The notes: a model not told the origin generated them from the letters alone. DNA of 64,000 nucleotides from the human T2T-CHM13v2.0 reference genome, Homo sapiens (GCF_009914755.1 NC_060940.1); one strand, 5' to 3'. Positions 16,851-32,267 are shown, numbered from the stretch's first letter. Translations and numbers: made by a program.

Positions 16851-16999
16851 ATTATCGGAAGAAACCAAGAGCTGTGGGTGGCAGAAGAGGAATTGAGCTG
16901 TTTTTTTTTTTTTTTTTTTGCTAGGGTGACCTGCAGAATACTCATGGAGGAGGTCTGCTTTGAGTTGTGGCTTGGAGAGATGAAGAAAATAATAGAGCA

Positions 17000-17690
17000 A
17001 ACATTGACATGGAACCTACTATGTGCAGGTACCATTCTGGATGTCGTACATACATTAATTTATTTAATCTTCATAGCCACTTTATGGGGTAGGTACTGTG
17101 ATGGTTAATAATGAATGTCAATTTGATTGGATTGAAGGATATAAAATATTGATCCTGGGTGTGTCTGTGAGGGTGTTGCAGAAGGAGATTCACATTTGAG
17201 TCAATGGGCTGGGAAAGGCAGACCCACCCTTAACCTGGGTGGGCACCATCTAATCAGCTGCCAGTGCAGCTAGAATATAAGCAGGCAGAAAAATGTGAAG
17301 AGAGAGACTCCCTAGCCTCCCAGCGTACATCTTTCTCCTGTACTGGATGCTTCCTGCCTTCGAACACTGGACTCCAAATTCTTCAGTTTTGGAACTTGGA
17401 CTGGCTCTCCTTGCTCCTCAGCCTGTAGATGGCCTATTGTGGGAAGCTGTGATCGTGTGAGTTAATACTTAATAAACTCCCATATATATATATGTGTGTA
17501 TATATGTATATATATATGCATATATATACACACACACACATATCTATTCCATTAGTTCTGTCCCTCTAGAGAACCCTAATACCGTACCATTATTATCCCA
17601 CTTCACAGATGAGAAATTGAGGCAAAGAGAAGTTAGATAACTCAGTCAAGGTCATACAGTAATAAGAAATGGAGCCAGGATTTGAACCAA
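17000..17690 (-). mobile_element. MIR split by MLT2A
   Basis: MIR halves at 17000-17096 and 17584-17690. Confidence 0.75.
17097..17583 (+). mobile_element. MLT2A (HERV-L solo LTR, MLT2A2-like) with an internal TA/CA microsatellite
   Basis: tgtgatggttaat...tgattggattgaagga...ctagagaaccctaatac; gtac flanks both ends. Confidence 0.88.
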
Positions 17691-17799
17691 TTTCAAAGAG
17701 GGTGTGGGACACAGCATTTGTTTCTTAGGCACATAGCTGAAAAATGCACAGAGAGGAAGCAGTGAGTCATCCACAGGGACTAGTATGGGGTTTGTGCTA

Positions 17800-18200
17800 G
17801 AGAATGGGGAAAGACAGAGAATGGGGAGAGAGCCAAGGACCAGAATGATGGGTGGAGGAATTTGTCCTCCATTCTGGGAGGCTCTGGGAAGCCACTGAGG
17901 ACTTCAGAGAAGAGAAAGGCAATCACAGCGGGGCACCAGGAAATTTATCCGTGTGCAAGGCCAAACTAACAAAGCAGGGAGCAACTGGAAGCCAGGCAAT
18001 CAGCGAGAGGATACTGCAGAGGTCCAAGCACTAGGTGATGAGGGCTTGAATGAGGATGATAGCAGCCTAGATGGAGGGAAGAGACAAGGGCATTGCGCTG
18101 CTAGGGGAAGCACAACAGGACTTGGGGACTGAAGTACTGGATGTGTCAAGCGGGGACTGAAGAAACAGAAACAGATGGGAGGTTTGGGAGCCACGTGATA
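17800..18200 (-). mobile_element. L2 fragments
   Basis: Antisense L2-like text (gggaagccactgagg, ggtgatgagggcttgaa). Confidence 0.55.
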
Positions 18201-19056
18201 GGTGAATGATAGTATTAGATGTATCATTCAGCCACACTTAGGGTACACGTTGGAAAAAAAGTGTACGTCAGCCAGTCTTGTGTGTTCTTTGGTTGCAGTG
18301 CACATGTTAATAAGTTGTACCACTCCCACACACTGCAGTCAGTTGCGAAATAGCAATCTATTTTGCAATATCAGCTCCTGGTAAATTTCACTTGTGAGCC
18401 TGGAACAAGGATGGGGGTGGATTCAAGGACCGCCCCCTGAGGTGGTGAGAAGACCAGGGATTGCAGGACATTGTGAGATTCTTTCTGGGGCAGCTGGAAG
18501 GATGCTTGGTTGCCCAGCGACAATCCTGCCTCCGCAGCAGTCTTGGTTTCCTGCAGTCCCGGATGCATCTCATTAAAAGGACAGAGGGATGGATGGCCGA
18601 CACATTTTCTGAAGTGGCATTTTCAACGTCCTGAGTCCTGGTATCTTGTTTATAAGTGGCACTTACAAAATACAAGGGAAAGAAAAAGAAAACGGGAGAG
18701 GAAGAAAGGTCTCCTAGGATCTCAAGCATGCAGTGCGTGGATCTTGACTCTCCAATTTCAGCTTGTCTAAGAGACGGGGTGCAGGGCCTCCTTGAAATCC
18801 ACCTGAAATGAATTAGCCTGAAGTAAAAGTAGGTGTTTATCTCAAGTCATTGCCTCAAATAGCTGACTACCTGTTGGAAGAAGGGTCTGATCGATGCAAA
18901 CCAGAGCAGTCGTGCGTGAGCTGTTACACAGCGGTTAGTATCGATCAGAGCTAAAGGCTGCCGATAGGAATGTGGAGGAAACTGACAGGCAGAGAAGAGG
19001 GAAGAAGGAAACAGCCTTCGCTGGTGGCAGCCGTACAGAGGAAAGCCGATAAAAAG

Positions 19057-19301
19057 TCAATTCCACTTAACTGAATGGCTGCTAACTAAATATTTTTGGG
19101 GCCAGAGCCTTCCCAGGTAGTAGCTGGAGCATCTCTGTTCCGGAACTGAGACATCAAGCGAGAGCCGGGCATCGACAGGCAAGATCACTGGTCCCTGGTG
19201 ATGGATGGGGGAAGAAGAGAGCCCCTGAATGCAGAGATGGGAGGCTTTGGGCTCAGCCGAGCTGACTGGGGCACTTGAGGACAGCCACTGACCACGGAGC
19301 A
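19057..19301 (-). CDS. C16orf47: Terminal coding segment (VLRGQWLSS...SHSVKWN*)
   Basis: Acceptor ctgttcctttcttgcctgccagcag|TG; the phase-1 join makes GTG and continues track ORF 19057..19302. Total 30+127+245=402 nt. Confidence 0.8.
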
Positions 19302-19514
19302 CTGCTGGCAGGCAAGAAAGGAACAGGGTGCAGACTGGATGTTATGGAACAGTTGCTGATTAATTAGTTCATTTAAAACCCCGATGCTTTTTCCTGAACC
19401 TCACTCAGTAAGGGCTGTTGAAACTAATGGCTGCAGAGAAAGTTGGACAATGCCTGGTCCTATCACAGACAGAAGCAGAATGGTGCCATATAGTGTAGTT
19501 AAGAGACTGGCTGA

Positions 19515-19880
19515 TGACTTATTTTCCTGAACTTTTATGCCCTCGGAAGGATTGTAATTCTTTTTCTTGAATTAGATGTGAACATGTAACTTGTTTGGCC
19601 AATGAAATGTGAATAGAAGTGATGCATGTCCCTGCTGGGTAGAAGCATTTAATTACTGGTGTACAACCTTCCTGTTCTTTGCTTGCCACTGTGATCCTGC
19701 ATACTAGTGTTGATATGGATAAGAGTGAAACTATCTGGAATGTTAAGCAAATGGATGCATAGTTTTCCAAAACTGCAATGAATTTTGTGTGAATAAGGAA
19801 TAAACTTCTATTGTGTCACATCACTTAATTTTTGGCCTTGTTTGTTACCCAGCATAACTGAACTTTTTCTGACTGATACA
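19515..19880 (+). mobile_element. Old MLT1 (H/J-like) LTR within a MIR
   Basis: catgtaacttgtttggccaatgaaatgtg...ctgactgataca. Confidence 0.7.
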
Positions 19881-20009
19881 GGGGGGCTGGGTTTTAGAAT
19901 CCTGTCTCTACCAGTTGTTACTATTTGGGTGATTTGGTCTATTTCTTAATCCACCCAAATCTTGTTTTATTTATATACAGCACATGAAAACAGCAACAAC
20001 AACAAATTA

Positions 20010-20250
20010 CCATGTGCTGAATGTTCACAGGTGCAGGCACGGCAAAAGCTCTGCATATATTAACTTGATTAATTCTCAAAGCAACCATGTGAAGAAACTA
20101 TTCTTGTCTTAATTTTACAATCATGAAACCTAGTGCTCAGAGAGGTTGAAAGAATTCCCCATGGTCACACAGCTTATAAATGACAGGCAGGAATGCAAAC
20201 CCAGGCAGACCAACTCCAGAGCACTTTTTCTTAACCATTTTCCTATACTG
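20010..20250 (-). mobile_element. MIR
   Basis: Antisense MIR core and 5' region. Confidence 0.75.
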
Positions 20251-20805
20251 GCTCTTAGCTTGGGTACTTAATAAATAACAGGTACTATAAGCCCAGGAAC
20301 AAATGACACTGACTGACCCATACTCAAGCACTCTATATGGAAGGAGAAGAAGAAAAGGTTGCATTTCTTTTGATCTTTTACCATTTTATACTCCCTATTC
20401 TCTTACAAGCCTCTGTAGAGTTTGATCCTGTCTGAAACATCCTTCTCCGCTTGTTCCCCAAATCCTGGTTGTTTCTGAAAGTCCAGATCAATTCCCCACT
20501 CATTTGTGATACAAACAAGGGAATTCCTTAGCATTAGAAGAGACCATCAGAGAATACCTTTTGGAAGAGTTTCTCATCTATATAACGGGGATGGTAACAC
20601 TCACCTCATGTGGTTGTTGGAGTAATGGTCATGTTTTATCAATTGAACCCCAAAGAGATCCTGGGGAGAAAGGGGCATTACACTGAGCAAGTGCCTACTT
20701 ACTTTGTGCTAAGTCTCTCCTTAAACCTTCCCCACACTCTTCCAAAGGGGATAACACTGACCCCAGATGACCGGTGGAGAAACCGAGCCTTAAAGAGTTG
20801 AAGTG

Positions 20806-21182
<377 letters not shown>

Positions 21183-21306
21183 TCACAATTTTGAGGTGTA
21201 ACAGCCTTCTATGTACCTTAATTAGGAGATCGTCTTTGCCCTCTGCTTGTCAAATGCTGGTTGCTTGAGAAATGCATTCCGTTTACTGATATATCAACGT
21301 ATTGAG

Positions 21307-21455
21307 GTGTAGTGTGTGCGTGTGTGTGCATGCAGATGTGTGCGTGTGTGCGTGTGCGTGTGTGCATATATGTGTGCGCACGCCTGTGTGCATGTGTGCG
21401 CGCATGTGCATGTGTGTGCATGTGTATGTGTGTGTGTGTGTGTGTGTGTGTATGC
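21307..21455. repeat. Compound (TG/CG/TA)n alternating purine-pyrimidine repeat
   Basis: About 150 bp of almost uninterrupted RY alternation. Confidence 0.92.
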
Positions 21456-22326
21456 CCACTCGCCAATGTCTGTGCTCATGCTCCTTTCAACCGATATTTT
21501 GGGTATGGGCTAAGGAGAGTGTGCTCAGGCTATTTTAAGTTTTGTACTTAACGCTTAGCAATTTTAATAAACTTCATTCCTTTAGGTAGTCGACTTAATA
21601 TTTTAAATATGGTTTTAATTAACCATCCTCCTTGTGTTTAAGGCAAAAGCAGGAAAACAGGGAAAGCGTCTAACCCGAGAGCATTGCCAGTGATTCCACT
21701 CTTTGTGACAATGAAGGCCAGAATTCCAGAATGCAGAGGCGAAAGCTCTCCCAAAATTGTTTCTTAGGGCATGGACCTATAATACTTAAATCATTTCTAA
21801 TTCCACTGGGTTCTGTTATCCCAGCACAGACTGTAAACATTTATTTTTGGGCTTTCCCAGAAATGTGTCTTATGGAAGGGATTAGCTGTTTGCGCATGTA
21901 AAGTTCCGAAGGTGAGCTCCTCTAACCTAACCCACGTAATTAAAGTGGAAAATTTTTGGTGGAGGGAAAAAAAAAAACATCAGGGAAAATACCATGTTTG
22001 GAAAGAGAGCTGTACTCCGACAGTCTCAAGAGATGGCTCTGCGTTCTTGGGCACTTAATTATATCCCATCTTGCTGTGTGCTCCAATGCTTTCATCCTTT
22101 TGGTCTTTACAGACAATACCAGGATCCCTGGCACCATACACTCTTCTCCGAGAGGGTCTACAATGTCTAGCTTTGCACTGAGGCAGTAGGCAACTTGAGG
22201 ACAAGGAGAGTGACACTGGCGTGGAGCCAGAGACTGGGTTTGCCCTATCATTTTAAAACATGATGTTCATTACTTTTTAAAGTGTGGAGTATATAGGGAA
22301 GAAAATAACAACAAAACAAAACAATA

Positions 22327-22620
22327 GTTTGTTTTTAAGATGGAGTCTTGCTCTGTCTCTGAGGCTGGAGTGCAATGGAGGTGATCTCAGCTCACGGCAA
22401 CCTCCGCTGCCCGGGTTCAAGGGATTCTCCTGCCTCAACCTCCCAAGTAGCTGGGATTACAGGCACCTGCCACCAAGCCTGGCTAATTTTTGTATTTTTA
22501 GTAGAGACAGGGTTTCGCCATGTTGGCCAGGCTGGTCTCGAACTCCTGACCTCAGGTGATCCACCTGCCTCGGCCTCCCAAAGTGCTGGGATCACAGGGG
22601 TGAGCCAACACGCTGGGCCC
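22327..22620 (-). mobile_element. AluS
   Basis: Antisense Alu. Confidence 0.93.
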
Positions 22621-22679
22621 AGACAGTCTTATTTTAAAATGCAAATGGCTAGGGGCACTATAAGACATTTGTCACCAAC

Positions 22680-22806
22680 CTCTATGCAACTGCCGCTTTG
22701 TGCCTGAGCTGGTGGCGCTGGTTCTGGAGTTAGACCCCCTGGGCTCCAATCCAGGTCCTGTCCCTTGCTGGCTCTTGTTAACTTCTTTGTGTCTCAGCTT
22801 CTCTAT
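22680..22806 (-). CDS. C16orf47: 127-nt coding exon ([42 protein letters not shown]), MIR-derived
   Basis: Acceptor ctcccactttacag|ATA, donor GAG|GTTGGT; open in the phase set by the upstream exon; 42 codons + 1 nt. Confidence 0.8.
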
Positions 22807-22940
22807 CTGTAAAGTGGGAGTAATAATAGGACTTGTTTTCTAGGGTTGACATGAGAATTCAATGAAAGAACATATGAAAATACCATGAGCACAAGTCAAC
22901 GCACAGCATTACATAGCAGGACCTGCAAAAGGTCAGCTAC
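22705..22940 (+). mobile_element. MIR (supplies most of the exon at 22680-22806)
   Basis: ctggagttagac...ctcagcttctctatctgtaaagtgggagtaataatag matches MIR 5' region and core. Confidence 0.8.
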
Positions 22941-23029
22941 TATGCCTGTTATATATAATGAATGCCTAAATATAAATCATTTAAAAAAAACAACTGCCTT
23001 TGTGAAGTACTTAATAAACGCAATTCATG

Positions 23030-23190
23030 GTCCAGAGTGCTTTATGTACATGACTCATACAATCTTTCATTCAACCCTATGGAAGTAGGTTCTAGTAAGA
23101 ATCCATTTCACAGAGGAGGAAATGAAAAAGCAAAATGTAACTTGTCCAAGGTCATTCAGCTAGCTCAAGCTGGGCTTTGAGGGCACGTCT
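23030..23190 (-). mobile_element. MIR
   Basis: catttcacagaggaggaaatg...aacttgtccaaggtca. Confidence 0.7.
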
Positions 23191-23454
23191 GATTCTTCCT
23201 ACTGGACCAGCTAAGTCAGACAGGGTACTTTTAAGAGGGGAACACAGAGAGACAGAGAGACTTTAGGACCCAGAGATACTAGTCAAAGTGTGAGCTGACA
23301 CAGTGAGCCTCACAGGGTGGGAGGGATATCCAGAGGAGAGGGCGAAAGCATCAAAGGAGCTTTGCCTTTACCTGATTTTGCCTGGGGCCAGTACAAGATC
23401 TGATTTCTTTTGTGGTCTCCAATGTTGCCTGCAGCAGGGAGTTACGAAAAGCCA

Positions 23455-23680
23455 CTGGATCCGAGTCCTAAAACTAGGTACTGTATTCCAGTTCTACCAC
23501 ACATTCTATGATCTCGGCAACTCACATTCCTTTCCCAGCAAGTTGCATTTTCTGGGAAATGGGGATCAAAAATCTTGGCTCACCTACCTCCTGGAGCTGT
23601 TGTGAGGCTCACATGTTTGGGGATGTTTAACTGCTCGGTTAACTAGAAAGCACTGCACAGAGATGCTAGGTATTATTATT
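23455..23680 (+). mobile_element. MIR/MIR3
   Basis: Degenerate core ggaaatggggat...cctacctcc...gttgtgagg. Confidence 0.55.
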
Positions 23681-23715
23681 GGCTTGATGCCTCCCTGTGA
23701 TGCAAGAGGGATGAG

Positions 23716-24004
23716 GGTCCGGTGCAGTGGCTCACACCTGTAATCCCAGTGCTTTAGGAGACCGAGGTGGGAAGATTGCTTGAGGCCAGGAGTTCAAGAC
23801 CAGCCTGGGCAACATAGTGAAACCCCATCTCTACAAAAATTTAAAAATTAGCCCCATGAGGTGGCACACAACTGTAGTCCCAGCTACTCCGGAGGCTGAT
23901 GTCAGAGGATCACTTGAGCCCAGGAGAATGAAGCTACAGTGAGCTTTGATTGTATCACTGCACTCTAGCCTGGGTGACAGAGCAAGACTCTGTCTCAAAA
24001 AAAA
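23716..24004 (+). mobile_element. AluJ
   Basis: Dimeric Alu. Confidence 0.92.
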
Positions 24005-24821
24005 GAGTGGAGAGGGGATGCACTTGGTCCTTTAAAACTTTGATTTAGAGAGGACCCAAACTTGTGCCTCCCTGGAGAAAACTTTATGGTGTCAGAGATC
24101 CTGGGATTGTCTGGAATCAATTCAAGAAGAGGGAAGGAGACTGGGAGCCTCGTGGATGAAGGTATTATGATAGCAGGTTTCAGGAACACGCCGTAATCAG
24201 CTCTCTCTTCTCTGTAGTTCCACTCCTAGCAATTTGGGGCCAGCTGGGGACTGGATGATGTCCTCTCTGATGCATTGGAATTTGTCCTGCTTCATGGTCT
24301 GGTCTGCTATAGGACCACATATCACACAGAGACACAAAGCAATTGACAGCATCCCGGCCGTTTCTTACAGATCCCATATCCTGTGTCTAGGCTGTATTTC
24401 AGGCCAACTTTTAGTGAAGTGGATCAATGCTTGAAGCACATAATGTAACATGATTCTTCAAGGGTTTGATTAATCGTGTCACAGTCACAGCCTCAGTTCA
24501 GGTTCAACCTTTTAAAAGTTTTATTATTGTATAAAGTGATCAATCAGGAGGAGAGGGAAGACAAATGCTCGATGTTGGCCATCTCTCCCTCTCGTCTTCG
24601 TCAGCAAGTGTTCTTCTCCTGGTCGGTTTGGCCGATCGTGATGGAGAAATTCATGAAGATGCATGGCACAGCAAAATATGGATCACCAAAGAGTGCTCTG
24701 AGTGGAAGGCCAGCTGCTCCAGTGATGAGCAACCTTGGCAACACATGGGAGGCCCCTGGGGTGTTTTAAGAAGTTCAGAGCCCTGTATTTCACCCACAGA
24801 AGTTCTGATGCTTTTGGTCTA

Positions 24822-25450
<629 letters not shown>

Positions 25451-25679
25451 TGGGGGTTCCTGTCCACCAATTTCTGTTTTCTCCATCTCCAGATCCCTTT
25501 CTTGGGACATACCCTGTTAGAAGCTGCTCTCACAGTAATCCCCAAGAAAGTATTAGCTGAACTTAATGTTTTAGCCCTCCCACAAGTGCCTGCATTTTAA
25601 TATGGGATTCGTACCTGGAGTAATCTAGGTAGCTGAGATGCATTTGGACTGATGGCTTTCCAGTCATAATTGCTGTAGT

Positions 25680-25930
25680 GATAGCCGATACTTATTATGT
25701 GCCAAATACTGTTCCAAGTGCTCTGTGTCTATCTATATCTATGTCTACGCCTATATCTAATATTCATTCGTTGAATCCCCCCAGTAGCCCTATGAGGTAG
25801 GTGTGCTTAAAAGAGGAAGCTGAGGCACAAAAGGGTTGAGTAATGTATCCAAGGTCTCACAGATAGTAAATGGTAGAGCTACGATTTGAACCCAGCAAGT
25901 CTGACTTCAGGTACCATGCTTTTAACCACT
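25680..25930 (-). mobile_element. MIR
   Basis: Antisense MIR. Confidence 0.75.
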
Positions 25931-26039
25931 CACAACTCAGATGACCTCAATGGCCCCTAGCAGGATCGGAACAGACTTTGAGGACTAGCTTTGTTTTTCT
26001 AACAATAGCTGTTAGTGACCTTCCGTGTTAGTCTCCCCA

Positions 26040-26043
<4 letters not shown>

Positions 26044-26078
<35 letters not shown>

Positions 26079-26348
26079 GACAGTCTTCCTCTGTCGCCCA
26101 GGCTGGCATGCAGTGGCGTTATCACGGCTCAGTCCTGGTCTCAAGTGATCCTTCTGCCTCAGCCTCCCTAACAGTTGCGACCACAGGCACGTGTCACCAC
26201 ACCCAGCTAACTAAACATTTTTTTTTTTTTAGATATGGGGCCTTGCTGTATTGCCCAGGCTGGTCTTGAACACCTGGGCTCAAGTGATCCTCCTGCCTCA
26301 GGCTCCCAAAGTGCTGGGATTACAGGTATGCCCCACTGCACCTGGCTC
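26044..26348 (-). mobile_element. AluJ
   Basis: Antisense Alu with a long T tract. Confidence 0.9.
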
Positions 26349-26397
26349 CCTGTTAGTTCTTATTTCTCTATTTCTAAGTCCCTGAGACAGTACCCAC

Positions 26398-26781
26398 TGT
26401 GGGAGATTTTTTTTTAATTGTTTCCAAATATTACCCTTCCTTATGGGAGGATTATCCTTCTCCCATCTCATCAACATCAGACTTGGCCATGTGACTTGCT
26501 TTGGCTGCCAATAAAATGTAAGAGGAGGTGATGTTTGCTACTTTTGAGCAGAAATTTTAGAAGTCATCATGTGATTTTTTCTCTTCTCCCTTCTAGCATG
26601 AGAATGCTTTGAAGTCAGGCCCAAGCAGCAACTTCAGCTCAGGTCTCAGAATAAAGACAAAATAGAGAGGAGATGCAATCAACCTGTGTTGATTGAACAA
26701 AAATGTATCTTTGTTGCAAACCACTGAGACTCAGGGGTTTTTTGTTACTGCATCATTACTTAGTAAAAACAGACTGATACA
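26398..26781 (+). mobile_element. Old MLT1 (I/J-like) LTR
   Basis: ttggccatgtgacttgctttgg...ccactgaga...gactgataca. Confidence 0.72.
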
Positions 26782-27501
26782 CTCTCTGAATACCAATATA
26801 TTTAAGTGAAATGCCAGGACTGTTGTAAGGATAATATCTTTAATCAATAAGCATACTCTTAAATAACCAATAAACTGTATTATAGCTTATCCAAGAAATC
26901 TTGCAATAGAGCTTTCTGCCCTCTGTGAATACTTTCTATGCATCTATCCATCTCCATCTCAGAAGGCTAAAAGATCACAAACCCTTGCCTAGCTCAGTAC
27001 ACACCGAGTTCATTCACCAGCTCAATATGTACAAAGAGAATCAGAAAGAACAGATGGAGCAGACTAAATGTTATTTTAGGTTCCAGGACATTGGATAGAA
27101 TGGGAGAGAAAAAGGATTTATTTTCTTTCGTGGATGGGAATTAGTACAAAGGCCTGATGAGACTGTCCCTTATCCAAGGACAGAGAATAAAAGAACTCTT
27201 CAATGTAAATTATCCATTCCAAGCTTTCGACCCTGCTGCCATTTTTAGTTCCGAATCGCTCACTTCTCTGAGAGGTTGCAAACTTATGACCTATGAACTG
27301 AATGTGGCCTGTGGAAGTCTTTTCACATACCAAAGAAAACACTATTCTATGTGCGGATGTTCGAATCAAATTGATTGCCAACAATCAAAATTTGAGATAT
27401 TTCAGGTTAAAAAAAATAGTTCCAGCTTCTCTTAATTGAAAGCCTTGGTTACACTGGGCTTAGGAAACTTCAACTAAAGTTGAGTAGCAGCTGCCTTTTA
27501 G

Positions 27502-27851
<350 letters not shown>

Positions 27852-28105
27852 ATTATTTGTATTATTTGCATAATCCATGGAGCCACTTGAGTTTGCCACC
27901 TTGAGTATCAATTAACTCCTTTCCTTTCCTTTTTCTTGTCCTTCTTTTATTCCTATGTCTTCCACAGTAAACAAGGAGATCTTGGGGACTCCATTTTTGC
28001 CACTCTGAGGACATCACTCTTCTGCCTTGTTTTTGGAATTTGGGGTGACCCAAACTTGACAGTCCAGTTCTTTGGTTCCCAAAGAGCTTCATTCTAAACT
28101 ATCTA

Positions 28106-28502
<397 letters not shown>

Positions 28503-30390
28503 TAAGACAATTCTAGGGGTGCAGGGAAGAAATGCTTTCTGCTGGAGATTCTGACAATGTTTATCTAACAGCTTCTACAATACTTGGTGATTTGCATACT
28601 TGTGTAGCTAGCAGGTCTTGGAGCAGCATAAGCCTCCTGCCTACTAGATAATTCTGTTGCTTAACAAACCATAACAGCTTTGATTACATGGAAAATGCTA
28701 GCAGTAAATGATTGGAAAATGATTTTACTGTTTTCTGTTATGGAAACTCACATGTAGGAACATTATGGAACTGTCTTGAAATTTCTTTTGCCTTCTAAAT
28801 ATAAAATCACTAGACTTTGATATTTCAGCAATTCTACATTTTAAAATATCAGAGCTGATGAGATCGATACTGCTTTGTAGATACCTACACTGCAGAGAGC
28901 TAGCCAGTGCTATCTGGATAAAGTAGACAGTAGGTAGGCATTTGCAAGCCTCTCTCACCTACCCCTTTCTTTTTCTGCACCAGATTCATTGCTATACTGA
29001 CCTCTCATTGACTGAAACTTTACATCAAGGCTCAGGGACTGTAAACCCACCGCAGCTTGGAATATGGAATATGGATGTTGAGATACACACTTCAGTTCCT
29101 GAACTCAGTAATGAAATCGCCCCCAGAGTTCTCATGCCAGCATTCAGCTAGCTGCAACTTTCTCCTGCTTGCCTTCTAAGGAGATTAAGAACGGGCATTT
29201 TATTTTGTTTCCGTTTTAGTTTATTTGAAGGTTTTATGATGTCTTGGTTGAGTGGCTCGTGGGACTTGCAAATAAACATGCTGCCTTTAAAAATGGCAAG
29301 TTGTTTTTATTTATTTCTTTTAGGTGCCCAGTGACCTCCGGGTATATTAGGCAGCTTTAAATTATAATTAAAATAATAACTGTGGTCCTAAAACAGTAAT
29401 AGATGTTGAATGATACAAACACCAAATTAGGATGTTCAGAAAATCTGTATGAAGGAAGCCAGAGAAAGCATGGAATTAAAAAAATTATCTTTGTGGCAGG
29501 ACCAAAGGAAACTTATCTCAAACAGCAGCTTTGTTATAATGCTTTTGTTTTGTTTTGCCTTCCTATAAGGCTACTCAAAATTTTTTTTGTATTTGCTAGA
29601 TTTGGGGTATTGGGGGGTGGGGGAATATCCAGTTCTTTAGTTGATCTTGCTATGACTTTGCCGACAGAAGGAAATAATGAAAATTGCTTGTCATCGGAGA
29701 AAATCCCTGTATTCTAATGATTTCTTGACAACTTCTGAAGTCCATGGGCACAATCAGTAGAAGCCGACATTGTGTTTCACTGGATGCCAAATCCTCAGAG
29801 TGCTTCTGAGTCCCTCTAAGACATACATCTGCATTCCTCCATCTGTCATCTTAGTTCATCTTCCTCTCCCAACTGTTCTTAAATTAAATGACTACATCTA
29901 ATGGGAGATTTTCTCGTGAAAGCTTATGAGAGTTTGTCTGAAGACAAATTAAAACATTGCAATGTAATCACCCAGCTCCACTCTCTGCTTGGCTGGCCCC
30001 AGTGCCTACTTTTACCCAAAGAAGTTAATCAACGTTTGGGCCCTGTATAGAGAAAAGCAACAAGGAAGGAAATCCATTCAAGAGGAGATGGAATCTACCC
30101 GCTGACGGTCAGAGGGTCAGGGGATGAAGACTGGATCTGTCCGCTGCAGAGAGAGCTGTGAGATATGCCAGGGCTCTGAAGACCAGGGCAAGAAGAGTAG
30201 GAGGCAGGGAGTGAAAGAAAACAAACATCTGGTTCCAGAATATCAAGGCATGATGCTTAACCCCAGGGATATAAAAATTCCCCTTCTCTTACCCTCCACT
30301 CCCCATGGATGAGTGGATGTCTTCCTGCAGTTGTTACAGGTCACTAGGGTTGATGGGACTCTTCAGCTTGGCTAGTTATTGCCCCCTACT

Positions 30391-31215
<825 letters not shown>

Positions 31216-31698
31216 GCTTAAAGCTAGGTCTATATTTGAGAGAAAAAAAGAACAGCCTTGGTTAATGGTATGTGAGTCATTACGCTGTTCTCCTAAAGTC
31301 TCCAAACCCAAAAATTTCCCAAGGCATTGAATCCTGGGAAAGAGCTTTGGCTGGGTCATGATGGGAACAGGGAGTTGGCTGCCGCCGTGATGCTCCAACT
31401 CTTTATTCCCAGGCTACAACAGTCTAATTTGATAATCTTTTCCATTGAATCTTTATGCTCCCTACTAAACACTCAGAGTGCTTCCTTGGATCAATGCTTT
31501 CAAGTTCATCCTCATATCATCTTTGTAAGGCAGAGGTAGGTAGGGAATATGAAGAAAAGTTTCAGGACCTGAGACATCAGTGGCTATGGGACTTGAGGGA
31601 GACCATGGTACTGCTGAGACTAGCGTACTGGTTCTCAATCTCTCAGCTCAGTGCTTCTTCCACAAACCCCTAGTGCTTCACTTTCAGAAGTGAGATGG

Positions 31699-31982
31699 AG
31701 CCAGGCATGGTGGCTCACACCTGTAATCCCAGCGCCTTGGGAGGCCACGGTGGGAGAATCGTTGAGGCCACGAGTTTGAGACCAGCTTGGGCAACATAGT
31801 GAGACCTTATCTCTACAAATAATTTGAAAATTAGCTGGGCATGGTGGGCACGTGCCTGTATTCCCAGCTACTTGGGAGGCCGAGTTGGGAAGGATTGCTT
31901 AAGTTTGAGGCTGCAGTGAGCTATGATCATGTCACTACACTCCATCCTGGGAGACAGAGTGAAACCCTGTCTCAAAAAAAAG
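31699..31982 (+). mobile_element. AluJ
   Basis: Dimeric Alu. Confidence 0.9.
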
Positions 31983-32267
31983 GTATAAAATAAAATGACC
32001 TTTTTAATAATTCAGTAAACGAAACTAAAACCATCCGTATCTTGTGTAGGGATGTTCAAGAGTTGGATTATAATCTGGCTGTGATCAAAGTGCTCATTAA
32101 GAGGAATATTTTTGGACCTCTAATGGCTATCATTGGACCTGATTCATCCTGATCTGCTGAGACAGTGCTCTCAGGGAAGTCTGGAGTTCGGGTTAAAGGT
32201 TTCAGTTCTACTATTAACAGTGGCAAACAAAGGCAAGGGTTAACCTGACTAGGTCTCAACCTTTTCA

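Noticed and set aside
21218-21551. His/Thr- and Cys/Val-rich ORFs
   Set aside because: Translations of a dinucleotide repeat.
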